Shown here: in pieces, positions 1 through 15,000 of the stretch
Layout: each line of letters opens with the position of its first letter
Numbering within the stretch: the stretch's first letter is position 1
IMG/VR virus record: IMGVR_UViG_3300020421_000003
Source of the DNA: a virus
Length of the DNA: 64,000 nt
Direction: 5' to 3' (one strand)
The notes under the pieces: generated by a model
Database searches by the model: none
What the model was told of the DNA's origin: nothing
The model's input: the letters and a program-made list of their open reading frames with translations, nothing else
Program-made: the position numbers and the translations under genes

Positions 1-3000
1 AACCAGACGTGATCTGTAGTATGACATATCACCTGTTGTGTATGCCCATGCTGCTGTAGGCTCGCCTTGTGGGACGGTGCTGTCAGAAGACATTGTGGCA
101 AAACCACCAGGAGAGCTGCCTGCCAGCAATCCACCTGCCTCATAAAGACCAGTGTTTAATCCAGGGGTATTTGCTGCACCGATTTCGTTGCCATCAATCC
201 AAAGTTTGACACGACCAGATCCAGCTCCAACAGTGCCACCAATTCTAATCTCCCAAGTGATCTCATGCTCACCACCATCGAAGTAGTCTGACAGACTAGA
301 AACAGGCACGTCAAGAAGTGCAAGACCAGCGTCAGCAGAAGTGCTTGCACCACCTGCATATGAGTTAGCACCATTACCAGCACGGAGACGGAGGTATGTG
401 CCGCTGTCTCGGATACCGAGGAATGCTCCAGCACCGTTTCCACCAAGCTCCCATAGGACGCCATCAGAAGGTGTGCCAGCAGGAAGTATTGTTACACAAC
501 TACCGACCATATCTTCATCATTGGTAATACCAGTTGAAGAAGCAGATCCACTTGCAATGTTGTTTGTGCCGTTAGTAAATATGCGAGTAGCGGTGTTGTT
601 ATAATTTCCAGCAAGGACGATACCATTATCAACTACTGAATTGCGAAGTACCGTAGTAGGTTTGGGGACTGCCTCAGAGAATGTCTGGACGCCACCGCTA
701 TATGCTGCAATGTTAGTGATAATCTGACCACGCATTGCACGCTTCACCAGTCTCTTCGCCTCTTCCAGAATCCAATTTACCTCTGTTGCCAGAGATGTAA
801 CGTGGGCGAGAGATCCACCGTATGTTGTATAGAATTCAGATACCCAGTTGATCCAGTTATCTCCACCATACTTAAGGTTGAAGACCAGTCCTCTGAGGAT
901 GTCAGTCACGTCATGGACGCAATCGATGCTACCGTTAGCAACAACAGCACCTTCATGTGCATTGACAAAGGTATGAGTATATTGCTCACCTGCAGGAGAT
1001 GCACCAACGTTGATCGTAATCGTATCAGTGGTATGTGCAGTAATTAATCTAGATGTGGTGTATGCAGGATCACCTTTACGGGGGTAGTAGTTGGTAACGT
1101 TGTTACCATCAAGTGTGCATGTAAATCCAATAGAATCAGGTCTAACGGTAACTCTGTTACCTGTAACTAAACCATGACCTGCCATGGTAATGACCATCTC
1201 ACCACTTGATGCAATGTAAGTTGCATCCGATGGGGTGTATTGCTGACCACCGTAAATTCCACCGTTAATACTCAGTGAAGGATACTGTGTTTCACCTGCC
1301 TTAACTGCTTGCTCAGCAATCCAACGAATGTTTGCATCGATAGCATCACCACAATCTGCAAAGATTTGCTCCTTGGGGTTTGCTTCATAGGTGCCTGGAT
1401 CAACGTTGTTAGGATCGTTGCCAGGGATATAATCTCTACCGAAACCATTTCTCATGGTTATGGTTGCAATGTCTCTAACGAGTTTCATGACAGTGACAGT
1501 TGCTTCCCAATCATCTTCGATATGCTTCAGAGAATTATTCTCTGTCTCAACGTAGAGACTTGCAGCATCCCATGTCCTTTCATTACAGTTGTAGTTGAGG
1601 TCATGGATAAGAGCATTAAGGATATCCTTAACGTCATCACTACAGTTAACAGGACCACCCTTGATTTGGAATAGGGCATACTTGGACATGTCATTCATTG
1701 TCTCGACTGCCTCATGTGCAATCAGATCAATGTTTGCCTTAAGAGCGTTGGTAGCATCCTTATAACGATTCCAGTTAGAAACGCTATCCTGAGGATATCC
1801 TTCATCATCGATAATGATGGTATCATCTCTGTATGCGCCACGGGCAGTAAACAGAGGTGTGTGATAATCATCTTGTGCCCATGCTGCGATACCAAAATCA
1901 CTAGCAACCTCACCAGGGGAGAGGAGCAAGTTGTTAGCTGCTTTCTGTGTGAGATACTTGGCATGATGGAATGCGTCAAGCATTGGATTCAACTCATGCT
2001 CAACATGGAGCACATTATTTTGATCATCCAGATACTTATCAACGACTGCTTCCACGTTGTATGTGCCACCCGTGCAAAGGTCAGCAATCACAGCAGGGAG
2101 AATGAATTGCTTAATATCTCTCTCGCAATATGGTTGACCATAACCAGGCATCACCAAGAATTGTGTGACAGTGCCGTTGAGGTCAATCTCATACTTATCG
2201 AGAATGTATCCAGCAACTTCTTCTGCGATATAGTCGCGGTTTTTCCAGATCAGGACACCACTGTCTCTGAAGATATCAGGATTAGGTGCAAGGACTTCCA
2301 GCACTTCACGACCCAGTTGATCAAACTCATCCTGGATGGATTGAGATGCAGGAGATGCAAAGTTGTTGGGAAGTCTCAATCTGTTTGTATAGGTGCCAGA
2401 CAGATCTGTGTCAGTTGTAGTAATTACATACTTACAAAGGACGAATGCCTGATCCCATGCATACAGAGTTTGCAGAATCTCGTTACCAACGTGCTTCAGT
2501 TTGCCTGATGCCTCAAGGTAAGTACGAGCGGTGTAGAGAGAGTTGTAGTTACCACCGTCTCTCAAGTCCTTGACAAGAGCGCCGATGATGTAGTCTTTAG
2601 TATCCCTGATACACTTGTTGGTGCCACCATAACTACCTTCGGCCACGTTGTTGCCTGGGATGACAAAATCAGGGAATGCTGCTTCCATTCTACCGACTGC
2701 TTCTTCAGCAATCCAGGCAGCGTTAAGGTCGATAATATCAGCACAGTTTCTGTGATCTGATCTACCAAGATCAACGTTTTCAATGATTGCAAAGTTTTGA
2801 TCGTAGTTAAGTTCCTTGACAGCAGCAGAGGAGATACGCTGACCAGTGTAGATAGCATATGTTTCCTGATTATCAATGACGAATGGTTGCTCACCATCAA
2901 GACCAAACTTGACATACTGGTTAGAGTAGTCGATCTGGGTGGGAGGCACGAATGCAGTATTGAAGTCGGACTCTCCATTCTTAACAACCACGTTGTCCAT

Positions 3001-6000
3001 ATAACCGCCAAACTGGTTGGCAGCGTTAAAGTCAGCACCGATGTAGATGGCAGCGTAACCGTAGTCATTGGTATCAGCGTAGTTACCACCAACCTGCACG
3101 CCATCGACATAGAGTTGCAAGACGCTAGTAGTCCTGACAACTGCAATGTGATGCCAGTTGTTAGCAAGCAGCGTGCCACCAGTCAGCAGTTGAGACGTGC
3201 CGTTATAGACAGTGATTGCACCATTGGTTTGGAGAGTAATTCTCAAACCAGAGGCAGCAGACAGACGACGGAAGTCGAATAGATGCTGTGTGGTGAGAAG
3301 GTTATCTGCTCTAATCCACGCTTGGACGGTAAAGTCTGCAGTGTTACCGAAGGAGAAGTCGTAACTATCTCTAGTAACCAGATATCCGTTAGATGGGAAT
3401 TTGATAGACTTCTTACCGCTAAGTCTCTTGTATTTCTGGACAACACTTAGAGAAACGCCGTTTTGGTTAGAAGTGGTGGAGTTGGTAAGATACTCACCAT
3501 CCTGGAATGATCCAGTAACGGCATCAGCAAAGATCCATTTCAGACCAGAGTTAGATCCGATTGCTTCAAAGTTTGCACCGCTAGTAACACCAGTAATAGT
3601 GTCTCCAACAATAAACAAACCACCCGCACGATCCTTGTATGCAATCTTCGTTGTGCGAATATTTTCGTTAGCAACGAATGTGCCATCGGTGATGCTCGCG
3701 AGAGCGTTAATATTATTGAGGTTTTGTGCTGCAATCGCAGTCGTAGAGATGTCTACGAGCGTAGCGATATATGCCTGGACGTTAGCACAATTCTGGATTG
3801 TTTCATTTCGGCCTGAGTAGTAATTGGGGTCGAAATACTTGGCAGTTGTGCCACCGCCAGTGAAGACTGCATTATCCAGTGCCTTGACGAATGTATGGGT
3901 ATATCCACCACCGCTACTAACTGCATTAGCAGAAGCACCAGCCCATGTGTGAGCATACTGTTGACCCTCAGGAGAGTTACCAACGTTAACCGTGATGGTT
4001 GTTGCGGTAACACCATGGATAAACAGACGACGACCAGCAGCAGGGTCACTTGCTCTAGGATATGTCTGGGCAGCGACGTTACCATCAGAATCACATGTGA
4101 ATGATATCGAGTCGGTAGCAATACTTACATAGTCATTAAGCTCAAGACTATGTGCTCCGATGGTCAATGTCATATCACCCGTTGCTGGGTCATAGGTGCC
4201 ACCAGTTGGGGTGTATTGGACTAGAGGAGATGCGCCAACGTTGACTGTGATTGTAGTGCCAGTCTCAGCACTAATAGCAAGAGGAGTGTTGAATGCAGGA
4301 TCTCCAGCACGAGGATAGTCGTGGAAGGATGCATCGTTATCAGAATCACAAGTAAACTTCAGAGAGTGTGGACGGATCGTAACGGTATCCGAAGTTGTCA
4401 GTGAGTGAGTGCCAATGGTAAGGACCATTTGACCATTTGAAGGTGTGTAGACTGCAGAAGACACGTCGAATTCTTGCAGATCATCTTCACCACCACTGTA
4501 GGATCCCTGATATGTTGTAGGATCTTTCAGCATGAATCCAGTGACAGAAGTCCTGGAATTGACTTGATAATAGAGAAGGTTGTTGATTGCCTGGAAGGAC
4601 AAGTGCATTGCCTTATCGATAGCAGTCAGAGATTCTGCATACTCACCGATTAGACCGTTAGCAATAGGTGCTCCAGCAGCATCGAAATACTTCTTAGTGA
4701 ATTCGATGATGTTGTAGTTGCCACCCTGAGAAACGTCTTCTGCCAAGGCATCGATCATCAGACCGATGTCACGACGACACTTGATTTGACCAGGAGAATA
4801 GGTGCCTTTCGACTCATCAGGAAGGTCAACCAGCGTGCCATTCAGCAGAGTTTCATCAACCACATCATAGAGAGTGGTGATTGCTGCTTGGACATCACTG
4901 CAGTTGTCAGTGCCATTGTTGGACTGGTTAGCACCGTTAGTGCCGTATGGATCGTTAGGTGATGGATCGGGATTGATACCGTTGCCATCATAACCACCAT
5001 GATCTATCTCGCTCCAAGGGACGTAGGTGATACCATCATTAGGTTGACCAGCAGGCACCGTGAAACTAGAAGTCAGATTGTTGACGATTGCCAACTTCAT
5101 CATGTCTTTTGCTTTTTCAAATCCATAACGAGTCTCAGCAGACTCATTGTTGACATACACAAAGTTGCCATTTACATCAAAGTATTTCTGGCAGAGTTTA
5201 CGAGTATATTGGTTACCACCACGGAAAATGTCAATGGAGATAGCATCGATATACAACTCAAGGTCACGGATACACTTATTAGGATCAGGCACAGTAAGTG
5301 ACGTATATTGCGTCATCATCTCATCGTATGCCTTATTAGCAATGTAAGACTTATTCTTTTGAATCAGACGATATGCATCAGAGTATCTGCTCCAGGAGTT
5401 AGTGATAACATCACCAGGGAAGTAGAATCTAGGGTGCTTAACAGCAATTTCTGCTTCAGCAAAATCAACGATTTGATCTTTGTTGCCAAGGATCATTGCC
5501 GAAGCATCTTTGAATCTGTTGGTAGCAACACCATGGAAAACAGAGGTTGGATTACCGTAGTTTGCTCTGTTGTTGATAACAATATCACCTTCATCGAAGG
5601 TGCCACCAGACAACTGAGTGTATTCAACTTCAGTATTTCTAACTTCTTCAAAGTCGAGGAAGTCAGCATTAATTCTGTTAGCAGTATTGTAAAGCTCAGT
5701 AGGTGTAATAGAAGATTGTGAAATGTTATCGATGATAACGTTAGGATTAGTAATACTAACCAGACGCTCAAACAGCAGACCGTAGAATGTAGATCCTGGG
5801 TTGATAATCAACTCATCAACAGCATCCTGGGTGGCAGGATCAATATAAGGTGAGATGTATGTAATTTGACCAGCAATCTTAGATGATGCTGAGTAAACAA
5901 ACTCATTAAGTCTCAGATCAAAGATACCAGTTTCAAACTGTGCAGTACCTGAGGTCTTACTAACCACGATAGCGTCAGTGACATTGCCATCGGGATCAAT

Positions 6001-9000
6001 ATTAGTTTCTTCAATAATAGCAGTGTCGCCTTCAAGGTTAGTGATAGACTCACCAAACTGGAAGATCGTTTCGCTATTCAATAGAGTAACACTCTGGACA
6101 AGTCCTGAGAAGAGGGTGCCACGAGTGATCTCCTCATTCAGGTTGAATGATCCACCAACCAAGTTGATAACATCAATAGTAGTCGTGCCAGAATCGATAA
6201 CAGTAGCAACAACGTCACTATCTGCACCTTGGACTTGCTGACCTATCGTTGGGAAGATTCCGAAGTTTGGTGGACCTGCCTGACCAGAATACAATTGAAT
6301 TCTGTAAATTGGTGTAGGAGTAACCTCCAGAGATCTATAGTTAACTCTAGATGCTGGTTTTGGTGCCTCACCAAATACGATCTGTCCACCAACGATGGAG
6401 TAAGAAACGCCAGGTGCCTGAATCACACCGTTGATAGTAATCAGCAGTTGATTCTGTTGGACGATAACTTGCTCACCTTCTACAGTAAGTGGGAATTGCT
6501 TATCAATACCGTTAAACTGAGGTGAAATATCATCAAGTTTCTTCACGATAGAGGTCAAGATTTCCTCAGAGGAAGTCAGACGCTTTTTACGGAAGAGGAC
6601 TTCAGTATTGTTGTAATCGGTGTAAATTGGTTGTGCTGCACCGAAAGATGTGATCTGGTTGACGTTGGAGTAGTTATTGATGTTAACTTCCTTCGTAAAC
6701 TCAGTGCCGACCTTTCTGCCCGAAACATCCTTACCACCAACGATCTGCAACTGTCCAAACATGTTGAAACCAGCAGGGTGGTTGTTTTCAAGGATTTGAG
6801 TCTTCCATTTGGTAATGGGGATCTCAGACTTAACAACGTAAGAGAAGTTTTGATAGAAGAAGGAATCTTGGATTTTTTGGACGATTTCGGATGGTTTACC
6901 AACATTATCGATAAACTTACCAGGAGTCTTAGTCAAAGATCCAATATTCAAGACACCACGAGCAATACTCATGTTATCGATAACACCAGATGCTTTGGAG
7001 ATGGATCCAGTGACTTTTTCGCCCATTTTCCAATCACCGTCGTAATCGACGATCTTGAGGATCTTAGGACCGATTTGCCAACCAGTATTGGTAGAAACCT
7101 TACCAGTTGCACTTGCAAGCTCAACTGCACTACCCTGGAAGACTTCTTCGCCTTCAAGGAAGCGAGATGTCTCAACAACTGCTTCTGCTTTACCACCGAA
7201 GACTTCGGTGAGCAATACTTGACGACCACTACCCTGAGTCAAGAATGTGATGTAATCACCTGCTTGTGCTGACTGTAGAGTCAATCCAAAGCGGATTTGG
7301 TCGGATTCCAGTGAATTTGCCTGACCAGCGATTGCATAGTAGATCTGACCAGCAATCAATGAAGTCAAACCTGCGCTGGATGGTTTGGGAAGGATACCTT
7401 CAGTGCTACCAACATCTTCAGCACGGAATTGGATTTCTGCACCAGTTGTGATGCCGTGAGGGAAGTTAAACTGCAGATAGTTGAGGTCAAGGTTAACAAC
7501 GTAGTTAAACTCAGACTTCAGCGTGACGATGGGCTCAGAAGAGTAACCAGCACCAGGATTCTTGATAATAATCTCATTGAGTCGGTTATTCTTAATAACA
7601 GCAACTGCATCAGCACCTTGACCGCCACCACCTTCAATAACAACTGCAGGAGTTGATGTATAACCAGCACCAGGATCTGTGATCTTGATCTCGGAAAGAA
7701 TCGACGTATTGAAGAGTTGGAGGTTAACAGGGAAGGTGATTTCGGGTTTCAGGGTGTAATCATGTGAATATCCGAAACCAAACTCATTATTCTTGAGTCT
7801 CTTAATCTTACCAATGTTTCTACCTGTCAAGAAGACAGATGCACCACTACCTTCGCTAGGAATGATAACATTTACAGCGCCACCAGATCCAGACAGTGTG
7901 GGACCAAGGATACCAGTAATAGCGTCAATATCTACAGTAGCAACGGTATAACCCTTACCAGGATCTGCAACATTGACTTCAGCGATTGCACCAGACCCAG
8001 TTTCATCATCTAGAAGGACTGTGACGGTAACTTTACCACCTTCGCCGTCTCCATTAACAGGAACGTCGTAGTAGACGCCAGGTGCGTATTCTGTGCCGCC
8101 ATCAACGATCTCGACCTTCTCAATTTGACGGAAGGATGCAATATCGGAGATGATGGGCAGTTTCTTATAGAATCCACCAGGAGAAACCAGTTTGATGCTA
8201 TTAATAGGACCAACTGCTCTGGTAGATGTCGTAGAGTAGTATGAATACTCATTTCCTTGATCATCAGATCCGATCTCAGCGTTTGCACGCTCAGGCTCTC
8301 TGTTGAGTGGGAATTTGAATTCAGTATCGCTTACAATCTCACTAATGTTAAATCTACCCTGGTATGGAGTTGTGATAACGTCAATGTATGAGTTTTCACC
8401 AACTGGGGAGTCATCTCCAGTCCTTGATGGGTCGAAGTAGTAAGAGATGTTAGTAACATCACCAAGCACCAAGAATTTAACAAATGGAGTGCTTGCACCT
8501 GCACCTTGGATACCAGGAGTGCCCTCTCTAACAGTATTGTTGAAGGAATACTCCAGTTTATACTGGTTATCCTGAGAGAATGACAGATAGTAACCGAAGT
8601 TGGAAGGATCGCTAAGCTCGAAGTTATACTGGTGATTTCTAGTGAAAATCAGAGTAGGATGCTTAGCATAGATGTTGACGTTTGCAATTCCATTGTTTAC
8701 AAACGTTGGATCTGACACTGCGGTGTCTCTAATACCAAATGTGAATTCTCTAGATCCAATAACATCATCGATGAAGAATGATCCGTTATATTGAGCACCA
8801 GAGAATCCTTCAGTGAAGATAATCTCATCTTCTTTGTAGAAGTGTGGAGAATTAGATGTGCAATAGACTTTATCAGTCCTAACGCTGCTAGCAAGAAGAA
8901 TATCTTTCTCAAGACGTGCAGTAACACGAATCTTCTTAACAGATGCAAAACCAGAGATCTCTACAGACTTCTCATCTTCTGACAGAGTGATATTGTTGGT

Positions 9001-12000
9001 GTTGACACTAACAACGTCATTAGGAATGAAGTTTGATCCAGGTTGGACTTCTAAGATTTCAATACTATAGTTGTTACCTTGATCATAAGGCATCAAACGG
9101 GTGTACTGACTGATTGCCTCGTTAGTCTCAACGAAGGACCAAGTAACAGTGCCGTCAGAAACGTCACCAGTGGTATGAGTAGGGGGAGTAGTTGTAGTAA
9201 CACCACCGCCACCAACAGCAACCTGATAAACGTTGAGTTTATACCACACACGCTGACCAACAGCATATAGACGATGTGGCAACCACTCAGGCATATCCAG
9301 ACCAGTAAATTCAGGTCTAGGGAAGGGATGCTCAGTCAGATCAACAGTAAACTTACCTGCATCGTCAATGAATGCCCAGTTAATAACACCATCGGAAACA
9401 ACACCAGTGTTGTGCTGAGGTGAAATAGTGCCAGATGTGCCAGCACCTTGTGCTTCATAGATTCTCTTTTGGTTGTAGACACGATCACCTTGTGCATATG
9501 CAGTTGATGCTGCCCAAGGAGATTCCTCTTCAATAGTATCGAAGTAAGTGCCTTCAATCTGGTTGATATCTCCACCAGGAGTTGTAGTGCGGAATCTATC
9601 AGTATTATTAAATGTGCCAAAGATCTTACCAACTCTATACTTGGTGCCAATACCAGGATTCTGCAGAGTGCCTGCAGGGACTTCTGTGATAGTTGCAAAA
9701 GCAGTAGTAGTGCCAATGTTGTTAAACTGCTGCAGTATAGAATACTGAGTAAGTCTAATTGGTTGAGTAAACGTAAATTCTTGGACGTTATCAATCTTCT
9801 GATATAGAGCATCCCTCATGTAGAATTTGGGGATAACATCAGCAGAGATAATTAGTCTCTTACCACGAGGTGATGGGATAGTAGAAGTCTTGGATGCATA
9901 CTGGTCATACGCTGAAGATAGTGTATATGTACCAGGGATCAACGTGGAGAAAGTCTGGGACATGTCCAGAATTTGCAGACCACCAGGACCCTCTAACCAT
10001 GTAGAAATTGCACCTGGAGAAACACTCGTCCAAGTCATACCGATAGTATGATCGGTGAATGCAATATCACTATACTTGTTAAGACCAGTCAGGGTGTAAG
10101 ATGCACGCTGAGTATGTGCTCTATCAAACTTGATCAGTGCAACATCAGAGTTGGACGTAGTAATTGCAATCTCAGAAGTGGGCACAGTGTAAGAAGTGCC
10201 AGGATAAGGTGCAGCATCATCGAGCACAAAGTCGTCGATGTTACCACGGAAACTATTTGCAACTGTTGGAGGACTGGAAGGACCACAGATAACAACGTCA
10301 TCAAGAGCAACATCAGTAGTGCTCTGATAAGTGATCTGCTGGTTACCGCCAATGAATACCTCATAACGATACAGACCCAGAGATTCTTGACGTTTCTGGA
10401 CAGTAACATGGACCCATGCTGCAGCAGCAAAGGCATCCCAGTTAGTTGCAGCAACAGAAGAAGCAACCTGAGTGCCATTCAAGTAAAGAATAACCTTCTG
10501 ATAGTCAGGATCGGTGTTATCACCCTGAATAGTTGCAGTAATTGAGTTGGTATTAGTTGCATCGTTAAAATGCAGCAATGTGGGCTCGTGTGCAGTATTC
10601 CATGCTGTCGTATTCATGGACATCCACATTCTGCCACTCCACTCAACAGGGGTCAGACCCAAGTCAGCGATAGTGATAGGTGCAACGTCATTAAACTTCA
10701 GAGATCCGCCGTCAAACTTGTAAACAGCAGCATCATGAGTGATATCAGACTGACTGAAGTAGTTGTAGGTGCCAAGATTTTGCTTGGTGGTATCCTCAAC
10801 AGGATTTTGATCATTACCCATTCTCCAAGAGACGAGCTGATCAGATTGCTGACGGTTGACAGCAAGAATAGTATCACCAGAGTTATCCAGAGCATGAGTA
10901 GTTGCTTGGAAACCGATACTCGCAGTATCATCAACCTTAGTTTGATACAGCAGAGTGCCGTCATACTTCATATAAGTGATAACTGAATATCTCTGATTCT
11001 GTGCTTCAGTAACGTCAGAAACGAGAGTATAGTTACCCCACTGGTCATAAGAAATGCCAGCATGGTGCATTTCAAGGAAATCACCAGAAGTTGTAACTGT
11101 CTTACTCCAATCCCACTCAGTTTGTGCAGTGGAAAGGAGGAATTTGTTGATCTGGATCTTATCGTACTTAGATGCTGCAGAGTTGAAGATATCCCAAGCA
11201 ACAATGATTGCACCATAGTCATCCATGACCATTGTTGGGTTGACAACACGTCCACCCACCGTAGGAATCTGCTTGATCCAATCCATCTCAAGGTTTGCAC
11301 CATCGTAGAAGAATTCACCGAAGATCAAGTCATCATTTTGGTCATTAACACCGATAAAGAAGAATCTATCATCGGAAACCATCATGATCTGATGCATTTT
11401 CTCGGAATCATCCTGAGATGCAACCTTACGCTTCTCAACCAGATCGCCTTCAATACCACACTGGATGATCCACATATCATCGGGATCAACAGAGTTAGTA
11501 TCGGTATAACCGCAAAGGTATATACGTTGCTCCTGGTCAAGAGCGATAGAAGTCACAAAGTCTCTTCTGGTGCTACCAGAGATACCAGCAATTGCTCTCT
11601 GCCACTGCAGGATACCGTCAGGATCGTTTGCATTGTTGAATCCAGACTCGTATAGACCTAACCAGATGTCTGGGTTGTAGACATCGTTGTCAGGATTCTT
11701 TGTTTGGCCTGTAACATATATGAGGTCGTTTTCTGGAGCAGAATTGACCACCATCTTGAGGAATTCAGCCCTCTTCTGGTTAGCATTGGTAGGAATGAGA
11801 GTCCTCTCCCAGATCTTCTGACCCAAGTCATCAAACTTGGCAAGGAATCCAGATTCATCACCATCTGTCTCAGTGATCTTACCGCAGATATAGGTATAGC
11901 GTTGCTCGGTAACCTTAATATCGTTGACTTGCACGATACCATCTGCTTCCATGTATTCGGTCAACCAATAGCGAGTTTTCTTAAACTGCTGTGGGTGGGA

Positions 12001-15000
12001 GACACGAATTTGAGGAGGCTCCTCAGGGTCATAACCATTACCAGAGTTGATAATGTTAACACTGTTGATCTGACCAGTATTTTGTAGGACAATCTCTAGT
12101 TGACCATCTTGACCAGCAGATGTGATCAATTCAAATGTAGGAGGAATGTCTTCGTTGTAACCAACACCAACCTGGGTTACATTGATACGCTCAATACCAG
12201 ATACAACTTTAACTTTGAAGTTTTTGTTGGTGTTATCAATGACAGGAGAAGAGTTAAGAATCAACTCATCTTGCTGACGCAAATCATGATCAGTAGAAGT
12301 TACGATTACACCATAAGGGCGATCACCGATGATCTCCTTACTGTATGATTGGATAACTTGACCCTTAACAGATTCGATAAGTGCAGAAGCACCAAAACCA
12401 CCAGTACCTTCATCATCGAAGAAGATGGTGTCATTAACCTGATAAGACTCGCCTGGGTTTTCAATAACGAAACCGTCGATCTGAGCATCTTCAAACTGAG
12501 TAGTTGTCTCAACTTCGATGTCAACTCTAGACTCTTCAGAAACCTGAGGGAAGTAATCATAGATTTGTAGAGTTGCCTCTTCAGACATCTCAAGGACTTC
12601 TTGCTGCTCATTAGCATCAATGATTCCGTCGTTATTACTGTCCTGGACCTCAAAGATAAGAGGATAACCTTCAATCTCAGTCGTTAGGACATCTGCTTCC
12701 TGGTTAGGTTGACGATCAACATCAATATCAACGTTAACATAAGGATCTCTATACCTTACAACGTTTTGTGGAATGTTTTCCTGGGTTGCACCTTGGGTGA
12801 AATTCCAAGGATCAGGCAGTGAGTTAAACTGAGGACCAAGGATATATGGGAATTCAGCAACACCTGCTTCCGATGCATCAATAGTAATAAAGTATGCATA
12901 GGTGCCATTAGGATACTGAGGTGTCTTACAGAAACGACCGTTATAGTTGTCGAGATCACCAGACTGGAAGTCATACTCATAGTCAGCAACAAACGATCCA
13001 GCAGGATATGAGGACAGTGTAGGTCCATCAATACGAGCAGGATTGGGGTTAGTTGCTAGGTCATATACAACGTTATCTTTTAGTTTATATGAAGTGCGAA
13101 GTCTCCTGATTCCGCTATTCTGGTCAGTTGGGTCAATGTAACCGTAGGGACCGTAGATTGGGTTACCATCATACGCCCAACCCAGAATAGGAGAGTGCTC
13201 ATAGTTGGATTCAACTTCTTGGAATTGTTGTGTAACAGCATTTAGGAAGACGTTATCGCCAACCACATAACGAAGCTCTTTAGGATCGCTAAGGTGAGCA
13301 TATTCACCACCAAACTGGTTATTCAGACCAGTAAAGACGTATCCTCGTGCTCCATCATACCTAGTAGAAAGATCATACTGAAGGTTTTTATTCCACTCAA
13401 ATACTTGTGGAGTAAACTCAGCAAAGTCGCCAACAGACTCAAGTCTAACAGTGGTAAGACCTTGGGTATATCCAATACCTCTGTTACTGATGTCAACGCT
13501 AAGGACTCTACCTTTATCTTCGCCAATAGTGCCGATAACTGCTCTTGCAATAGCACCGAAACCATCGCCATTGATGACAATAGTAGGAGCAGTAGTATAT
13601 CCACTACCTGAGTTAATGATAGCGATAGAAACAATACGACCATTGATAACAATGGGTTGTGCCAAAGCACCTTCACCAGAGTTAACTCTGATATCAGGCA
13701 GGTCTGTATAACCACTACCATTGGCAGTGATACTAACACTTTGAATAGGACCACGGACGTTTGCATTTGCCGTAGCACCTGTGCCACCACCACCAGTAAT
13801 AGAAATACTAGGTTGTGAAGTATATCCTGATCCTGGTTGCTCAACCAGAATTCTGGTGACACGACCACCAGTAACGATGGCTTGTGCAGTTGCTCCAATA
13901 CCACCACCGCCAACGATGGAGACTAGAGGAGATTCTATGTATCCGCTACCTTCTGCAGTAACATCAAGTGAAGTCAGACTACCATTAACAACAACTTCAC
14001 CAGTAGCACCTGTACCGCCACCACCAGCAATTTCCAGAGCAGGTTTGGATCCTGCATCATAATCTTGACCAGTGTTAGTAACAGTGATGCCAGTCAGAGG
14101 ACCGAATCTAACAAAGTCGCCAGACTTGTATGCCCAGATAGACACACCATTCACCCATGCACCAATTGAGGTGTTTGCTTGAATATCTTGACGCTCAGAG
14201 ATGGTCTGGACGTTACGGGGGAGACGAATCAGTTTACGCTGGTTACCAGGGATCAGTGCCGATCCCGTGAAAGGACCAACCTTATAATTGGGTAGACCAG
14301 AGGAAGCAACATAAACATACTCATCATTAAAGAAGGAGTTTTGGATATTTGTTGTAAACTCGCTAACAACACTGTTGATGGAATTGACATCGGACTTACC
14401 TCTGTTAAGGTCCACAGATAGAAGGATATTACCTTCAGGGATTATCTCTGTGGGAGTATTGATCTGATATGTAAATTGGAATGCATCAATACGAGAAGTA
14501 ACGGTAAACGTGCCATTGAATACAACAGGGTTAGCACCATAAATCGTCACCTGATCAGATACCAGAAGACCATGTGGGTTACCACAGACAACCGTAGCAG
14601 TCTGGTTATTAACACCACCAGGAGTGATGCTGGTAACCTGAATTAGTTTCTTAACGTTATACAACCAGGAAGACAGTCTCTCATCTTCAGAAGAAGATCC
14701 GAGTTTAGCAACCTTCAGTTTGTCGCCTTGCAGATAGTAAGATCCAGTATCTTCCAGGATCGTTGTACCTGCTTCTGCAATACCAAGCACTCTGAGTTTA
14801 CACTCAGTAGGTGTATCCTTATTGACATATACAAAGATGTCAGAGAATATAATCGTGCCAGGATCCCAGTCTTCTACAACACCATTCTGTGATCTGGTGC
14901 ATTCGATAAACTGGTTAAGTGATTTCTCTTTATACTGTACGATCTCCCTATCGTTAATACGGATGGTGCCGTTTCTTTCTGGCCATCCAATCGTGGAGTC